From a virus, in IMG/VR virus record IMGVR_UViG_3300030606_000002, positions 1 to 40,902 of that record: DNA of 40,902 nt, one strand, 5' to 3'. Below, in pieces: positions 26,236-34,448 of the stretch. Position numbers and translations under genes: made by a program. Within the stretch, counting starts at the first letter, position 1, and every line of letters starts with the position of its first letter. Under the pieces are notes generated by a model that did no database searches, had not been told where the DNA came from, and worked only from the letters and a program-made list of their open reading frames with translations.

Positions 26236-26756
26236 CGCGTCACCGCCTCGCTGTAGGTCCACACCAAGAGCACCAGCCCGAACGGCGGACGTTCGTTTGG
26301 TCCGATACCTTCGCTCCCGACCCTGATGAATCGGGGCCTGCCGGGCAAGAACTCGACCCGGAAGTTCCCTCCGTCACGGTCACGTACAGGTTCCACGTAC
26401 CGTTGCCACCATTTCTGCTCACAGCGGTTGTTAGGCAGCAGCATGACGATCAACTCGGCGCCTCGTTTGTGCTCATCCCAGGCCTTGACGACCCACGGTT
26501 CGATCAGTGAGTAAGGCGGGTTGCACCACACTCGTTCTCCAGCCCACGGTTGCTTCAGTCCATCAACGACCGCGTCGAAGAACCTTGCACACTTCGCGTT
26601 GTGCGCACTCGCCGCCACATCGAGCGTGAAGTAGAACCGCTCGTGAAGCATCCCAAAGAACACCGGGTCCGTCTCACGATCGTCGACGTCGTGTAACGCC
26701 CCACGAGTGGCCACCTGCTGCGGGTGGTTTCGCGCCCGGAACTTCCAGAGCGCCAC
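26232..26756 (-). CDS. DNA N6-adenine methyltransferase (phage Dam-type)
   Basis: FTLDVAASAHNAKCARFF...WCNPPYS is the phage N6A-MTase pattern with an NPPY catalytic motif. Confidence 0.7.
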   Translation of the reverse strand: MALWKFRARNHPQQVATRGALHDVDDRETDPVFFGMLHERFYFTLDVAASAHNAKCARFFDAVVDGLKQPWAGERVWCNPPYSLIEPWVVKAWDEHKRGAELIVMLLPNNRCEQKWWQRYVEPVRDRDGGNFRVEFLPGRPRFIRVGSEGIGPNERPPFGLVLLVWTYSEAVTR

Positions 26757-26757
26757 C

Positions 26758-26967
26758 TTACCGCGCCTCGCTATAGGTCCGGTACTCCCGCGTGGTCGAC
26801 GCCAACAGCTCGCGGGCTTCCTCCATCGCTGCCATCATCTCGCGGACCTGGTCCGCTGCCGCCTGGATGCTCGCTCGATCGAGCCGACGCTGGTGATCCG
26901 CACCAAGTCGGAAGGCCAGGACCAGGGACAGGCCAGCCAAGAGACAGGGGATCCGTAGGTCGGTCAC
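26758..26967 (-). CDS. Small membrane-anchored protein
   Basis: 69 aa from GTG 26967 (GTGA overlap). A hydrophobic N-terminus (IPCLLAGLSLVLAF) is followed by a helix. Confidence 0.4.
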   Translation of the reverse strand: MTDLRIPCLLAGLSLVLAFRLGADHQRRLDRASIQAAADQVREMMAAMEEARELLASTTREYRTYSEAR

Positions 26968-27254
26968 GAGGCAGCGATCCGGTCTTTGAGGTTCGCCTCC
27001 GTGCGCAACTCGTCCCGCGTCCGCGTCCAGTCGGTCAGGTGCTCGATTCTCCGCATCACCTTGATAGCAGCGTCGTAACTCGGAATGTCGCGGACTATGG
27101 CGTACCCACTGTGGTGTGAGACGACCCACCCGTCAGTGTCCCACCGGGCGCGGTGGACCATCAGCCCGCACGGGAACTCTTCCCCCTCGACCCAGCGGAG
27201 TTGAGCCTCCTCCTCACAGTCACCGACCGCTATCGGTACTCGTGTCGTGGTCAC
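26964..27254 (-). CDS. Hypothetical protein
   Basis: 96 aa from GTG 27254, directly after the upstream TAG. Confidence 0.4.
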   Translation of the reverse strand: MTTTRVPIAVGDCEEEAQLRWVEGEEFPCGLMVHRARWDTDGWVVSHHSGYAIVRDIPSYDAAIKVMRRIEHLTDWTRTRDELRTEANLKDRIAAS

Positions 27255-27255
27255 G

Positions 27256-27396
27256 CTACTCCTCCTCGATCTCGGGGAAGTCGGCTGGGTCGGGCTCGCA
27301 CTCGTGAGCACAGTAGGTCACTTCTTCTCCGAACGCCTGAAGGACAGCCACATCACAATCGCACTCGGCTCCGCACTCTGGACATCGGTGTGTCAT
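27256..27396 (-). CDS. Small acidic Cys-rich (zinc-ribbon-like) protein
   Basis: 46 aa: MTHRCPECGAECDCD...YCAHECEPDPADFPEIEEE. ATGA overlap with the methyltransferase stop. Confidence 0.45.
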   Translation of the reverse strand: MTHRCPECGAECDCDVAVLQAFGEEVTYCAHECEPDPADFPEIEEE

Positions 27397-28400
27397 CGGA
27401 CGCCTTCCGCGCACAGGATAGGGCCAACTCTCTGACGGGCCATCTCGATGTATTGCGGGTTTAGGTCGACGTGAATAGCACTCCGACCGTTCCCCGTAGC
27501 GACCTGCGCCACTGTTCCACTTCCACCGAACGGGTCGAGGACTGTGTCCCCAACAGCAGAGCCGGCCAGAATGCACGGCCGCGCCAACGCCTCCGGCATC
27601 GCAGCGAAGTGAGCGCCGACATAGGGTTGGACGGGAATCGTCCAGACGGCGCGGGCTGTACGCTTACCGTTCTTGTCCTCCCACGGCACCGAGCCCCCGA
27701 AATGGCTATCCGGTCGCGTTCGCCCGGGCCCCAACACGCGCTCTTTGTTGCCGCTGCGTCGGCGTTTCGTGATGCCGCTCTGTTTGACTTGGCCGGGGGA
27801 CTGGACGTCGGGGCCCGGGACGCCGTTCCTCGGATGGTCCCCATAGGTAACTGGTTCGGCGATCGCCTCGTGGTCGTAGTAGTAGGATGCACTCTTGCTC
27901 AGGATAAACACGTACTCGTAGTTGAGTGTCGGGCGATCCTTCTGACTACCCGGCATCCCGTTTGGTTTGTGCCAGATGATCGGGCAGCGCAACCACCAGC
28001 CATCGGCGCGGAGCGCGAACGCCACCATCCACGGGATGCCAACGAGGTCCTTTGGTTTGAGTCCGGTGTGGCGCTTCCCACGTCCAACACTCGCTCCGTG
28101 AAGTGCCAAGGCGTGCAGACCGCCCGTTGAGCCACCCCACTTCCCGTCGTTAGCGTACGAGTCTCCCACGTTCAACCACAGCGTGCCGTCAGACGTCAGC
28201 ATCCGTCTGACCTCGCGAAACACTGCCACCAACTTGGCGACGTACTCCTCTGGCGTGCGCTCGAGACCGATCTGGCCCTCGGTGCCATAGTCGCGCAACC
28301 CCCAGTACGGAGGACTGGTTACGCAGCACCGCACACTATCGGACTCAAGTCCACGCAACACCACGAGCGCGTCACCGCAGAGAAGACGAGCGACGGTCAT
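27393..28400 (-). CDS. DNA methyltransferase, beta-class N4-cytosine or N6-adenine (SPPY type)
   Basis: Motif IV is CVTSPPYWGLRDY and motif I is LDPFGGSGTVAQVA near the C-terminus (order IV to I). The start is ATG 28400, with GGAGATGGGGG upstream. The long N-terminal track extension is rejected. Confidence 0.8.
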   Translation of the reverse strand: MTVARLLCGDALVVLRGLESDSVRCCVTSPPYWGLRDYGTEGQIGLERTPEEYVAKLVAVFREVRRMLTSDGTLWLNVGDSYANDGKWGGSTGGLHALALHGASVGRGKRHTGLKPKDLVGIPWMVAFALRADGWWLRCPIIWHKPNGMPGSQKDRPTLNYEYVFILSKSASYYYDHEAIAEPVTYGDHPRNGVPGPDVQSPGQVKQSGITKRRRSGNKERVLGPGRTRPDSHFGGSVPWEDKNGKRTARAVWTIPVQPYVGAHFAAMPEALARPCILAGSAVGDTVLDPFGGSGTVAQVATGNGRSAIHVDLNPQYIEMARQRVGPILCAEGVR

Positions 28401-28440
28401 CGAACCCCCATCTCCAGGATGAACAGGATGACGCACTCCA

Positions 28441-28803
28441 TCAGAACGGGAGGTCCGAATCGTCGTCGAACAACCCGGGCTCCCCAACCGGCGCTGGAAC
28501 CTCGTCCACGTCCGCCCGTATCGTGACCGGTGGCGGGATGGCCGTGTCATCGTCCCCACCTGCGAACCGTTCGGCGGTCCACACTCTCCACCGCGTGTGC
28601 TCCGCCTCATCGTGCGTCCGATGCAACCGCTGCGAGTGCTCCCCTCGCGAGTTGTACTCGACGGGCTCCGCACCACAGACCGCGCACTGCCGTCCCTGTG
28701 GCATCTTCTCGTCCCGTGTCGCCGGCAGCCACTGCTTCCACGTGCGCGGTAAGCTCGGATGTCCACGGTCCCCGTTGCTCGTGACGTGCCGCCAATGCGT
28801 CAT
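28441..28803 (-). CDS. Hypothetical Zn-finger protein with an SSB-like acidic C-terminal tip (...FDDDSDLPF)
   Basis: 120 aa with a CAVCG motif and a His-rich segment. The last residues mimic the bacterial SSB C-terminal D-D-D-(I/L)-P-F tail. ATGA overlap upstream. Confidence 0.5.
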   Translation of the reverse strand: MTHWRHVTSNGDRGHPSLPRTWKQWLPATRDEKMPQGRQCAVCGAEPVEYNSRGEHSQRLHRTHDEAEHTRWRVWTAERFAGGDDDTAIPPPVTIRADVDEVPAPVGEPGLFDDDSDLPF

Positions 28804-29702
28804 CCGTCAACTCCCGGCGGTGGGTACTTCGCCACGTACTTTTCGATGAACGGGTGGGGCTTCCCCGCGGCGTAATGCGCGTTTCGATTCGCGAGCTCGT
28901 CACACACCGAATCGTTCACGAAGATTGACGGGAGATCCTTGAACGGTCGATTCCTGTCGTTCTCGCCCATGCGGTGCGGGTCTTTGCTCGTCTCGTAGAT
29001 GGCATACAAGCATGCGTTGGGGTCCAAGTTGTAGAACGCGAGCCGGGCGTCAATCTTCTGGCGTCGCTGTGTCGTCCACCCGAGTCGTGAATTCCCCGCG
29101 TAGAGCTTTGCTCGCCAATAGGCGAACACCATCTCGCGGAGATACTCCAGCGCCTCTCCCTCCGACACACGGGGTGTCGACGGTTGGCCCCCGATGCATA
29201 CGAGTGCGTTGGATTTTCGGCCGTCGACACCCAATTGGGATGTCTCCAGGCTGACTGAATTCTCAATATCTAGATCTCTACTAGGACTACTATCTGTATC
29301 TGCCTCTGCTTCTGCTATGTGTTCACTTTTGCTAACAGAGTTAACGGACTGTTTACGCCGCTTCCTCATGTAGTCGCGCATGTACTCGCGTCGCTGCTCT
29401 GGGTCACGCAACTCCCGATACTTCGCGTAGTTGAGGATCAACCAGCCGCCCTCCATCGTCTCGATACGTCGACCTCCATACTCCTGACTCTGGCTCTCCA
29501 GGTCCGGCGATTCGAGTACCTTGAGCGCACGCTGGCAGTCTGCCAGGGAGATGTTAGCCTGACGAGCCAACCCGCTTGGCGCGCCGCGGACGAACCCATC
29601 CCTGTCGGCAAGGGCTAGCATCGTTATCCAGGCAATCCGGGTACCGACAGCCTCCGACCAGATCGATGACGAGAGAATGCTGCTGAAGAGTTTGACGTAC
29701 AT
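28800..29702 (-). CDS. Replication initiator / replisome organiser (DnaD/phage O-like N-terminal domain)
   Basis: MYVKLFSSILSSSIWSE...RIAWITMLALADRDGFV...LARQANISLADCQRAL is typical of phage replisome-organiser winged-helix domains. There are two domains joined by a low-complexity linker. The start is ATG 29702. Confidence 0.55.
   Translation of the reverse strand: MYVKLFSSILSSSIWSEAVGTRIAWITMLALADRDGFVRGAPSGLARQANISLADCQRALKVLESPDLESQSQEYGGRRIETMEGGWLILNYAKYRELRDPEQRREYMRDYMRKRRKQSVNSVSKSEHIAEAEADTDSSPSRDLDIENSVSLETSQLGVDGRKSNALVCIGGQPSTPRVSEGEALEYLREMVFAYWRAKLYAGNSRLGWTTQRRQKIDARLAFYNLDPNACLYAIYETSKDPHRMGENDRNRPFKDLPSIFVNDSVCDELANRNAHYAAGKPHPFIEKYVAKYPPPGVDG
29255..29345. other. AT-rich island with short direct repeats inside the replication gene: candidate origin of replication
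   Basis: gactgaattctcaatatctagatctctactaggactactatctgtatctgcctctgcttctgctatgtgttcacttttgctaacagagttaacgg is visibly far less GC-rich than its surroundings. It has TATCTG x2 in tandem and CTGC(C/T)T runs, and it encodes the interdomain linker. Confidence 0.4.
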
Positions 29703-29706
29703 GCCC

Positions 29707-29961
29707 CTATCGTCCCTCCACGAAACCGTCCCACAGGGCCGGCCGGGCAATCCCGAGATGCTTTTTTGTCTCCGCGGCCGGCGCGGAACTACTGGCACTC
29801 CAGTTCTCCGCCTCGTACCAATCCAGCCACTTGTTCAACAGCCGGATCATCTCTGATCGATCGCGCAGGTCCCGACAGCAGTGGCAAGAGCAGTTCTTCG
29901 TCGCCTCCAGCTCGGCTCTGGCTCGCTTCTCGTCAAACCCCCTCGTGATGGAGTCACCCAT
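29707..29961 (-). CDS. Hypothetical small Cys-rich protein
   Basis: 84 aa from ATG 29961. Contains CSCHCC. Confidence 0.4.
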   Translation of the reverse strand: MGDSITRGFDEKRARAELEATKNCSCHCCRDLRDRSEMIRLLNKWLDWYEAENWSASSSAPAAETKKHLGIARPALWDGFVEGR

Positions 29962-30295
29962 TACGCACGTACTCTCCCTGGAGACGTTCACGTCGCCATA
30001 GAATGGCGTACCGCTCGGCCTCCTCTTCCAGGTCCACACCATGTTTCCGTTGCCAACTCAATACGCCGAGCGCGTGTTGCTCCGCGTGATGCCCGAACGC
30101 ACACAACGGCACACCGTTCCCTACCCACGGCACGTCTTTCCCGCCCATCCCGCGGTGACGCACGTGCGCGAACTCGGACGGCGCGGCCTTCCCGCACACC
30201 AAACACGGCTGGCTTTGAATCCACAGGCGGAACGCGGCGTCCTCCGCACTGAGCTTCGGAGACTGCACACGTCGGCGCATCGGCGAACGCTTCAC
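29954..30295 (-). CDS. HNH-like nuclease family protein (Ref/DUF968-like)
   Basis: CLVCGKAAPSEFAHVRHRGMGGKDVPWVGNGVPLCAFGHHAEQHALG. The start is uncertain (GTG 30295, ATG 30280 or the track start 30340). Confidence 0.45.
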   Translation of the reverse strand: MKRSPMRRRVQSPKLSAEDAAFRLWIQSQPCLVCGKAAPSEFAHVRHRGMGGKDVPWVGNGVPLCAFGHHAEQHALGVLSWQRKHGVDLEEEAERYAILWRRERLQGEYVRNG

Positions 30296-30296
30296 G

Positions 30297-30497
30297 TCAG
30301 CACTCGCAGTGTTCGGGCAGCCGCATAAACCAACAGACAAACGCGCCGGCGCGATCCACGATCACGGTACCTTGACCGGAGTACGGCCCGCCGTTATCCC
30401 ACAGCTCACGACGTTCGGCAGCCTTCGCGATGCGGTAGCCTTTGCGCTCGCGCTTCATCGCTTTCCACTGACAGAAATTACAAAGGCGGTCGCTCAC
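30297..30497 (-). CDS. Hypothetical small Cys-rich protein
   Basis: 66 aa from GTG 30497 (GTGA overlap). Contains CNFCQW...CWFMRLPEHCEC. Confidence 0.4.
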   Translation of the reverse strand: MSDRLCNFCQWKAMKRERKGYRIAKAAERRELWDNGGPYSGQGTVIVDRAGAFVCWFMRLPEHCEC

Positions 30498-31162
30498 TCC
30501 TCTGTCTCCGCTTCCGGCTCTCCAATTACCTCGTTCAGTTTCTCTGACCACACAACAAAGCCGCACGCGCACTCGACGGCGTCCCGTCCAGGCACGAGGT
30601 CGCCCTCGTCCAACCCCACGCACTCGACGGTGTGGTGCAAGTACCTCTTAGTTACCGCTTCCTCGAGCAGCGCCACCGCCTTCTTCGATGTCCCGTGCGC
30701 CGTAAACGACACCTGTTTCCCGTCGTCGTCCTGTTCCTTCCCAGGCTCCAACGCCTTCATGTACATCGCGAGCTCGCGGCTACTCCAATCGTTCTGCTCC
30801 GCGCGATCGAGCCACTCGTCTTGCTCGTCGGGCTCTTTCCCGGCCACGCAGCGGTGATGTGACCACGATAGCGTTTCGCGACGCCGCTCCGGAGCGACGC
30901 GCTCCGAAACCCACTGCACTTGTTTTAGCGTCTCGGGAGAGAGGTTCAGCCCGAAGTCGGCACCGAGATACTCTTCGCCAAACCACGCGTTGCCTTGCGT
31001 CAACAGATCTCCGAGCGCCCAGTGCCCAACTTCCCGTACGCGGGTAATCGTCTGGCACGCACTCTCCCATTCAGGGAAGGACAGTTGGACACGGGGCGCG
31101 AAGCGGAGACCCGTCGGCGTCACAGACACGCCAGGGAGATTCAGTAGAGCGGTGTGGTTCAT
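30494..31162 (-). CDS. Hypothetical protein, possibly DNA-binding (ParB/KorB-like helical region)
   Basis: 222 aa from ATG 31162. The segment WALGDLLTQGNAWFGEEY...LSPETLKQVQWVSERV...LSWSHHRCVA resembles ParB-type HTH regions. Weak call. Confidence 0.3.
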   Translation of the reverse strand: MNHTALLNLPGVSVTPTGLRFAPRVQLSFPEWESACQTITRVREVGHWALGDLLTQGNAWFGEEYLGADFGLNLSPETLKQVQWVSERVAPERRRETLSWSHHRCVAGKEPDEQDEWLDRAEQNDWSSRELAMYMKALEPGKEQDDDGKQVSFTAHGTSKKAVALLEEAVTKRYLHHTVECVGLDEGDLVPGRDAVECACGFVVWSEKLNEVIGEPEAETEE

Positions 31163-31167
31163 CACGA

Positions 31168-31581
31168 CTAGCCTGCAACGTCGAGGGTCGTAGCGCTGAC
31201 TGCCGGTTCCTGCGCGGTGCCGTGCTCGGCCAGCCATGCTACGATCTCCTGGTAGAGCTCGGCACGGGAGCCCTTCAAGAAGCCCTTATGCTCCCACTCT
31301 TCGAAGGCATTCTCGACTGCCGAGCCCTGCTCGTACCCGATACGCCCTACAGTAGCGCAAACGGCGCCGGTCGCATGTGCGAGGAAGCAGCAGGCTGTGC
31401 TGTGACACGCCGGGCACAGCCTGAGCTTTAATGCATCCTCTCGATGCTCGAACGCGATCATCCCGCGCTTTACTCTGACCACGCCGATCGCATCAAGTTC
31501 TCGGCGGACCTGGGCTCTGGTGGCATCGTTCATGGTTATACCTCCTTTGAGTGTGCCGGTGTACTCAATCGTGGCGCTCAT
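31168..31581 (-). CDS. Hypothetical protein
   Basis: 137 aa from ATG 31581, with AGAGGAGA upstream and an ATGA overlap. Confidence 0.45.
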   Translation of the reverse strand: MSATIEYTGTLKGGITMNDATRAQVRRELDAIGVVRVKRGMIAFEHREDALKLRLCPACHSTACCFLAHATGAVCATVGRIGYEQGSAVENAFEEWEHKGFLKGSRAELYQEIVAWLAEHGTAQEPAVSATTLDVAG

Positions 31582-31829
31582 GTCTCCTCTTTCTTGGGGT
31601 CGGCGCCCATGTCCTGACGTTCCTCGCCGGTGTAGATGTCGTCGTACAGCATCACGGGCGGCGGGCTCTCGTCGCTCCACTGTTGGCCGCAGGCTACGCA
31701 TCTGTGGTTAGTATGGTGCGTTCCCTCTTGCCGGTAACAGACACAGCGCCTCGGTGGACGGCGATCTAGGTAGCACGGCTCGGCGGGGATATCGCGCCAG
31801 TGACAGACCGGAGCGTTGGGACAGGTCAT
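31578..31829 (-). CDS. Hypothetical small Cys-rich protein
   Basis: 83 aa from ATG 31829 (AAGGAGGG upstream, ATGA overlap). Contains CPNAPVCH...CVCY...HRCVACG. Confidence 0.45.
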   Translation of the reverse strand: MTCPNAPVCHWRDIPAEPCYLDRRPPRRCVCYRQEGTHHTNHRCVACGQQWSDESPPPVMLYDDIYTGEERQDMGADPKKEET

Positions 31830-32977
31830 CCCTCCTTGCCTTTCCGCTTCGCGCGTTGCATCACCGCCTTGAGCTGCTTGTGGACGCTCTCCACGGACGA
31901 CAAGTCCATCGTCTCGAATGTCTGCACGTCCCTCGTGAATCCAGTCCACAAACGACGGCAGTTCTCGAAGGTCAGTTGCTCTTTCGCGGACAAGTCGGCC
32001 GGCTCGCTCTCCAACATCTCGTCGACTTCCACCCCGAGCTCCTGCTTCCGTAGTTCTCGCAGCACGTCATCGGCGGGAGCAGCTTCGCCCTCGGACGGCG
32101 TTTCTTCCGCTGCCGCCTTTGCTGCCTTCTCCTCGACGTTCCGTTCTTCGATGTACGTCTTGAGTTTGTCGATCCGCTCCGTGAGCGACTGCTTCGTCGC
32201 CGTCTGCTCGAGCCACCGCTGCGCTTTCTCACGGTCCGTGTCGCTCACATGATGACTCTTGATCAGGCGTTGGAAGAACTCGATCTGCGCTGACGTGGGA
32301 AGGTCTGGCTGCGCGTCTGGCGTGTCCGACTGTTTGGGTTGTGTCGTGACGTCCTCATATGACGCCCCGTCATCCGGCGGCGCATCCTCAACATCCTGCG
32401 TGAAATCTTCGCTGGCTCGCGTCCCAACGAGAACGGCACCGACGCGCGCCCGCTTCTGCGCCATCTTACAAATCGTGTTCACCTGACCGAACGCCGGACG
32501 CTCGACTGCGTAGAACGTGTACTTCTTCGCGCCGCGTTTCCCGCGCAACTGCGTGTCTGCCACCGGGGGCCGTTCGTCCTCTGGAATCTTCTCCCAGTCC
32601 CACTCGGGGTACCACCGATAGCGATACTTCTCTTCCATCGAGTTGCACGAGCCTTCCGCGTTGGCGATCTCACGTCCGTCACCGAGACGATACAGCACCG
32701 CCCGGTAGTGGTAGTGGAAGAACCCCTTCGCCCAATCCTCGATCTTGTTCGCCAACTCGTGCCGTATGCCGAGGCCAAAGAGATTCGCAATCTTCTGCGC
32801 TCCACTGTCCCAGAGCGACGGCTTGTCAACGCCCGGGATTTTCCCATAGTCCACACCCTCACGGAGTACCCGACTACGGTAGTCCCGGAGGATCATGACC
32901 TGCTCGTATGCCTGATCGACCGTCATCACCGGTCGCACCATCACTTCGTTGGCCGGCACCAAATCCGTCGTACTCAT
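31826..32977 (-). CDS. Putative recombination / ssDNA-annealing-type protein with a long acidic coiled-coil C-terminal half
   Basis: 383 aa from ATG 32977 (GAGGAG upstream, ATGA overlap). The core GKIPGVDKPSLWDSGAQKIANLFGL...NTICKMAQKRARVGAVL...EDFTQDVED resembles phage recombinase-like families, but the family was not identified. The 216-aa track extension is rejected. Confidence 0.35.
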   Translation of the reverse strand: MSTTDLVPANEVMVRPVMTVDQAYEQVMILRDYRSRVLREGVDYGKIPGVDKPSLWDSGAQKIANLFGLGIRHELANKIEDWAKGFFHYHYRAVLYRLGDGREIANAEGSCNSMEEKYRYRWYPEWDWEKIPEDERPPVADTQLRGKRGAKKYTFYAVERPAFGQVNTICKMAQKRARVGAVLVGTRASEDFTQDVEDAPPDDGASYEDVTTQPKQSDTPDAQPDLPTSAQIEFFQRLIKSHHVSDTDREKAQRWLEQTATKQSLTERIDKLKTYIEERNVEEKAAKAAAEETPSEGEAAPADDVLRELRKQELGVEVDEMLESEPADLSAKEQLTFENCRRLWTGFTRDVQTFETMDLSSVESVHKQLKAVMQRAKRKGKEG

Positions 32978-33219
32978 GAGACTCCTCGTGTGCGCTTCTC
33001 GGCGCGTTCTTTCTCGCGTTGTTCGGCGTGCTTCTCGCGTCGCTCGACGTAGTGACTCACCTTGGACTGCACGATGAGGTGGACATGCCCGCCGAACGTC
33101 TGCCGCGCCCGGAACCGCGCTTTCCACATGTCGGGCGCAACCACCGAACCGAGGAACGAGCCACGTTCCTCCTCGTGCTGGTACTTCCCAGCCCACACCA
33201 ACCAGACGATGCCGCTCAT
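32974..33219 (-). CDS. Hypothetical protein
   Basis: An 81-aa ORF with a basic C-terminus. Confidence 0.4.
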   Translation of the reverse strand: MSGIVWLVWAGKYQHEEERGSFLGSVVAPDMWKARFRARQTFGGHVHLIVQSKVSHYVERREKHAEQREKERAEKRTRGVS

Positions 33220-33222
33220 ATC

Positions 33223-33573
33223 CTACCGCTCCTGGGGCGGAGCCGTTGCCCAGTTTACCGGCTCCGCATGGGTCACGTCTGAAGAGGGTGAACATCCCAA
33301 GCCCCTCGAACTGGTCCCATCCTCCACACGTGGAGGCCCTGTTAGTCGCGCGATCTGTTCCCGCGCTATATCGGATTGACGCCAGAACTCGCGCTCCATC
33401 TTCTCGATGGCTTCGCTTACCCGCGCATGCAACTGCCGCTCCATCGTTACGCGCGTACCCTCTAACTCCAGGAGGCGCACGTGCACCTCTCGCACGACGA
33501 GCGCGAGCTCGCTCACTTCCTGAATGAGACGCAGCAACGTATCGTCTCTCCGTGTTGCATCGTCCGGGGTCAC
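33223..33573 (-). CDS. Hypothetical coiled-coil protein
   Basis: 116 aa, with a GTG start overlapping (GTGA) the stop of the 42-aa micro-ORF. Confidence 0.4.
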   Translation of the reverse strand: MTPDDATRRDDTLLRLIQEVSELALVVREVHVRLLELEGTRVTMERQLHARVSEAIEKMEREFWRQSDIAREQIARLTGPPRVEDGTSSRGLGCSPSSDVTHAEPVNWATAPPQER

Positions 33574-33698
33574 TCGCGTTCCTCCCGCTCAAGCCAGTCC
33601 GACCAGGCCTGCAACAGCGTAGCACCCACCACGATCATGCCGACGAGCGCGATGGCCGAGACGATGACGATCGCGGACCAGATCAGAAGGTGTTCCAT
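33570..33698 (-). CDS. 42-aa single-pass membrane micro-protein not in the supplied track (MEHLLIWSAIVIVSAIALVGMIVVGATLLQAWSDWLEREERE)
   Basis: It fills the gap between two genes. Its stop overlaps the next GTG (GTGA). One clear hydrophobic helix. Confidence 0.4.
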   Translation of the reverse strand: MEHLLIWSAIVIVSAIALVGMIVVGATLLQAWSDWLEREERE

Positions 33699-33715
33699 CA
33701 CAGTGGTTATCCCCA

Positions 33716-33970
33716 TCAGTCGTCACATGCGCGACGCTTGGGACACGCGTGACACCCTTTACACTCTTTCGGCGTGTAACAAAACGCGGGGCACTTCCCG
33801 TGCTCATTCTCATGCTGCCAAATGATCGGGACAGCGGGGTAGGGAAGCCTGTCAACACTCTCAACCCTTTTGCCCGTTATGACTGCCGCACGATTCCTCG
33901 CCGCAACCATGTTGCTGCCCTCACAACAAGCGGAGGTCCCGTCGGTGAACTCCACCCACCAGGGCGTCAC
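33716..33970 (-). CDS. Hypothetical small Cys-rich protein
   Basis: 84 aa from GTG 33970 (GTGA overlap). Contains HENEHGKCPAFCYTPKECKGCHACPKRRAC. Confidence 0.4.
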   Translation of the reverse strand: MTPWWVEFTDGTSACCEGSNMVAARNRAAVITGKRVESVDRLPYPAVPIIWQHENEHGKCPAFCYTPKECKGCHACPKRRACDD

Positions 33971-34155
33971 GCATCCTCCTCGTACGGAATGCTCTCCGGA
34001 ACCCACACCCACATGTCGGCAATCCGTTCTTCCGTCCGGTCGCACAACGGACACCGTCGGGTCTGCATCGTCGCCCCATGCGGCAGTACCGTGATCTCCC
34101 CGATCCACGCCGGACGTCCGTCGTGCTCGTGCGAGCAGTCCGCGAATGCCGTCAT
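33967..34155 (-). CDS. Hypothetical small Cys/His protein
   Basis: 62 aa from ATG 34155 (ATGA overlap). Contains CSHEH...CPLC. Confidence 0.4.
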   Translation of the reverse strand: MTAFADCSHEHDGRPAWIGEITVLPHGATMQTRRCPLCDRTEERIADMWVWVPESIPYEEDA

Positions 34156-34448
34156 GACATCAGCTCGTCGAGGGTTACGCGGGTAACGCTGTCGCCAAGG
34201 GGATGCGGAGACCGGTAGGAAACGAGGCGGAGCGTCCCGTCGGGCAACCTCCCCCAGCCGAGCCGCAGTGGCCACTCGGATTCGTCGACGGCGATCGGAT
34301 CCACGTAGGGCCGAAAGGTCACCTCAGGTTCAGCAGCGGGGGGGACACTCGTCCACTTCTCCCGCTCCCGCTTCGCCAGTATCGCGATGAGTCCGATACC
34401 GCCCACCAAAAGGAGCGCGCGACCGAGCCAGTCGAGAATGACCAGCAT
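34152..34448 (-). CDS. Small membrane protein
   Basis: 98 aa from ATG 34448 (TGATG overlap). The N-terminal hydrophobic stretch is MLVILDWLGRALLLVGGIGLIAIL. Confidence 0.4.
   Translation of the reverse strand: MLVILDWLGRALLLVGGIGLIAILAKREREKWTSVPPAAEPEVTFRPYVDPIAVDESEWPLRLGWGRLPDGTLRLVSYRSPHPLGDSVTRVTLDELMS

Noticed and set aside
32978-33625. A 216-aa N-terminal extension of the 31826..33625 ORF. Similar long extensions occur at 27393..28766, 13983..15374, 16969..17484, 7372..8076 and 28800..29798.
   Set aside because: The extensions overlap well-supported upstream genes on the same strand and are low-complexity Arg/Gly-rich. Internal starts with good SD sequences or ATGA/GTGA overlaps give products that begin where the recognisable domains begin.
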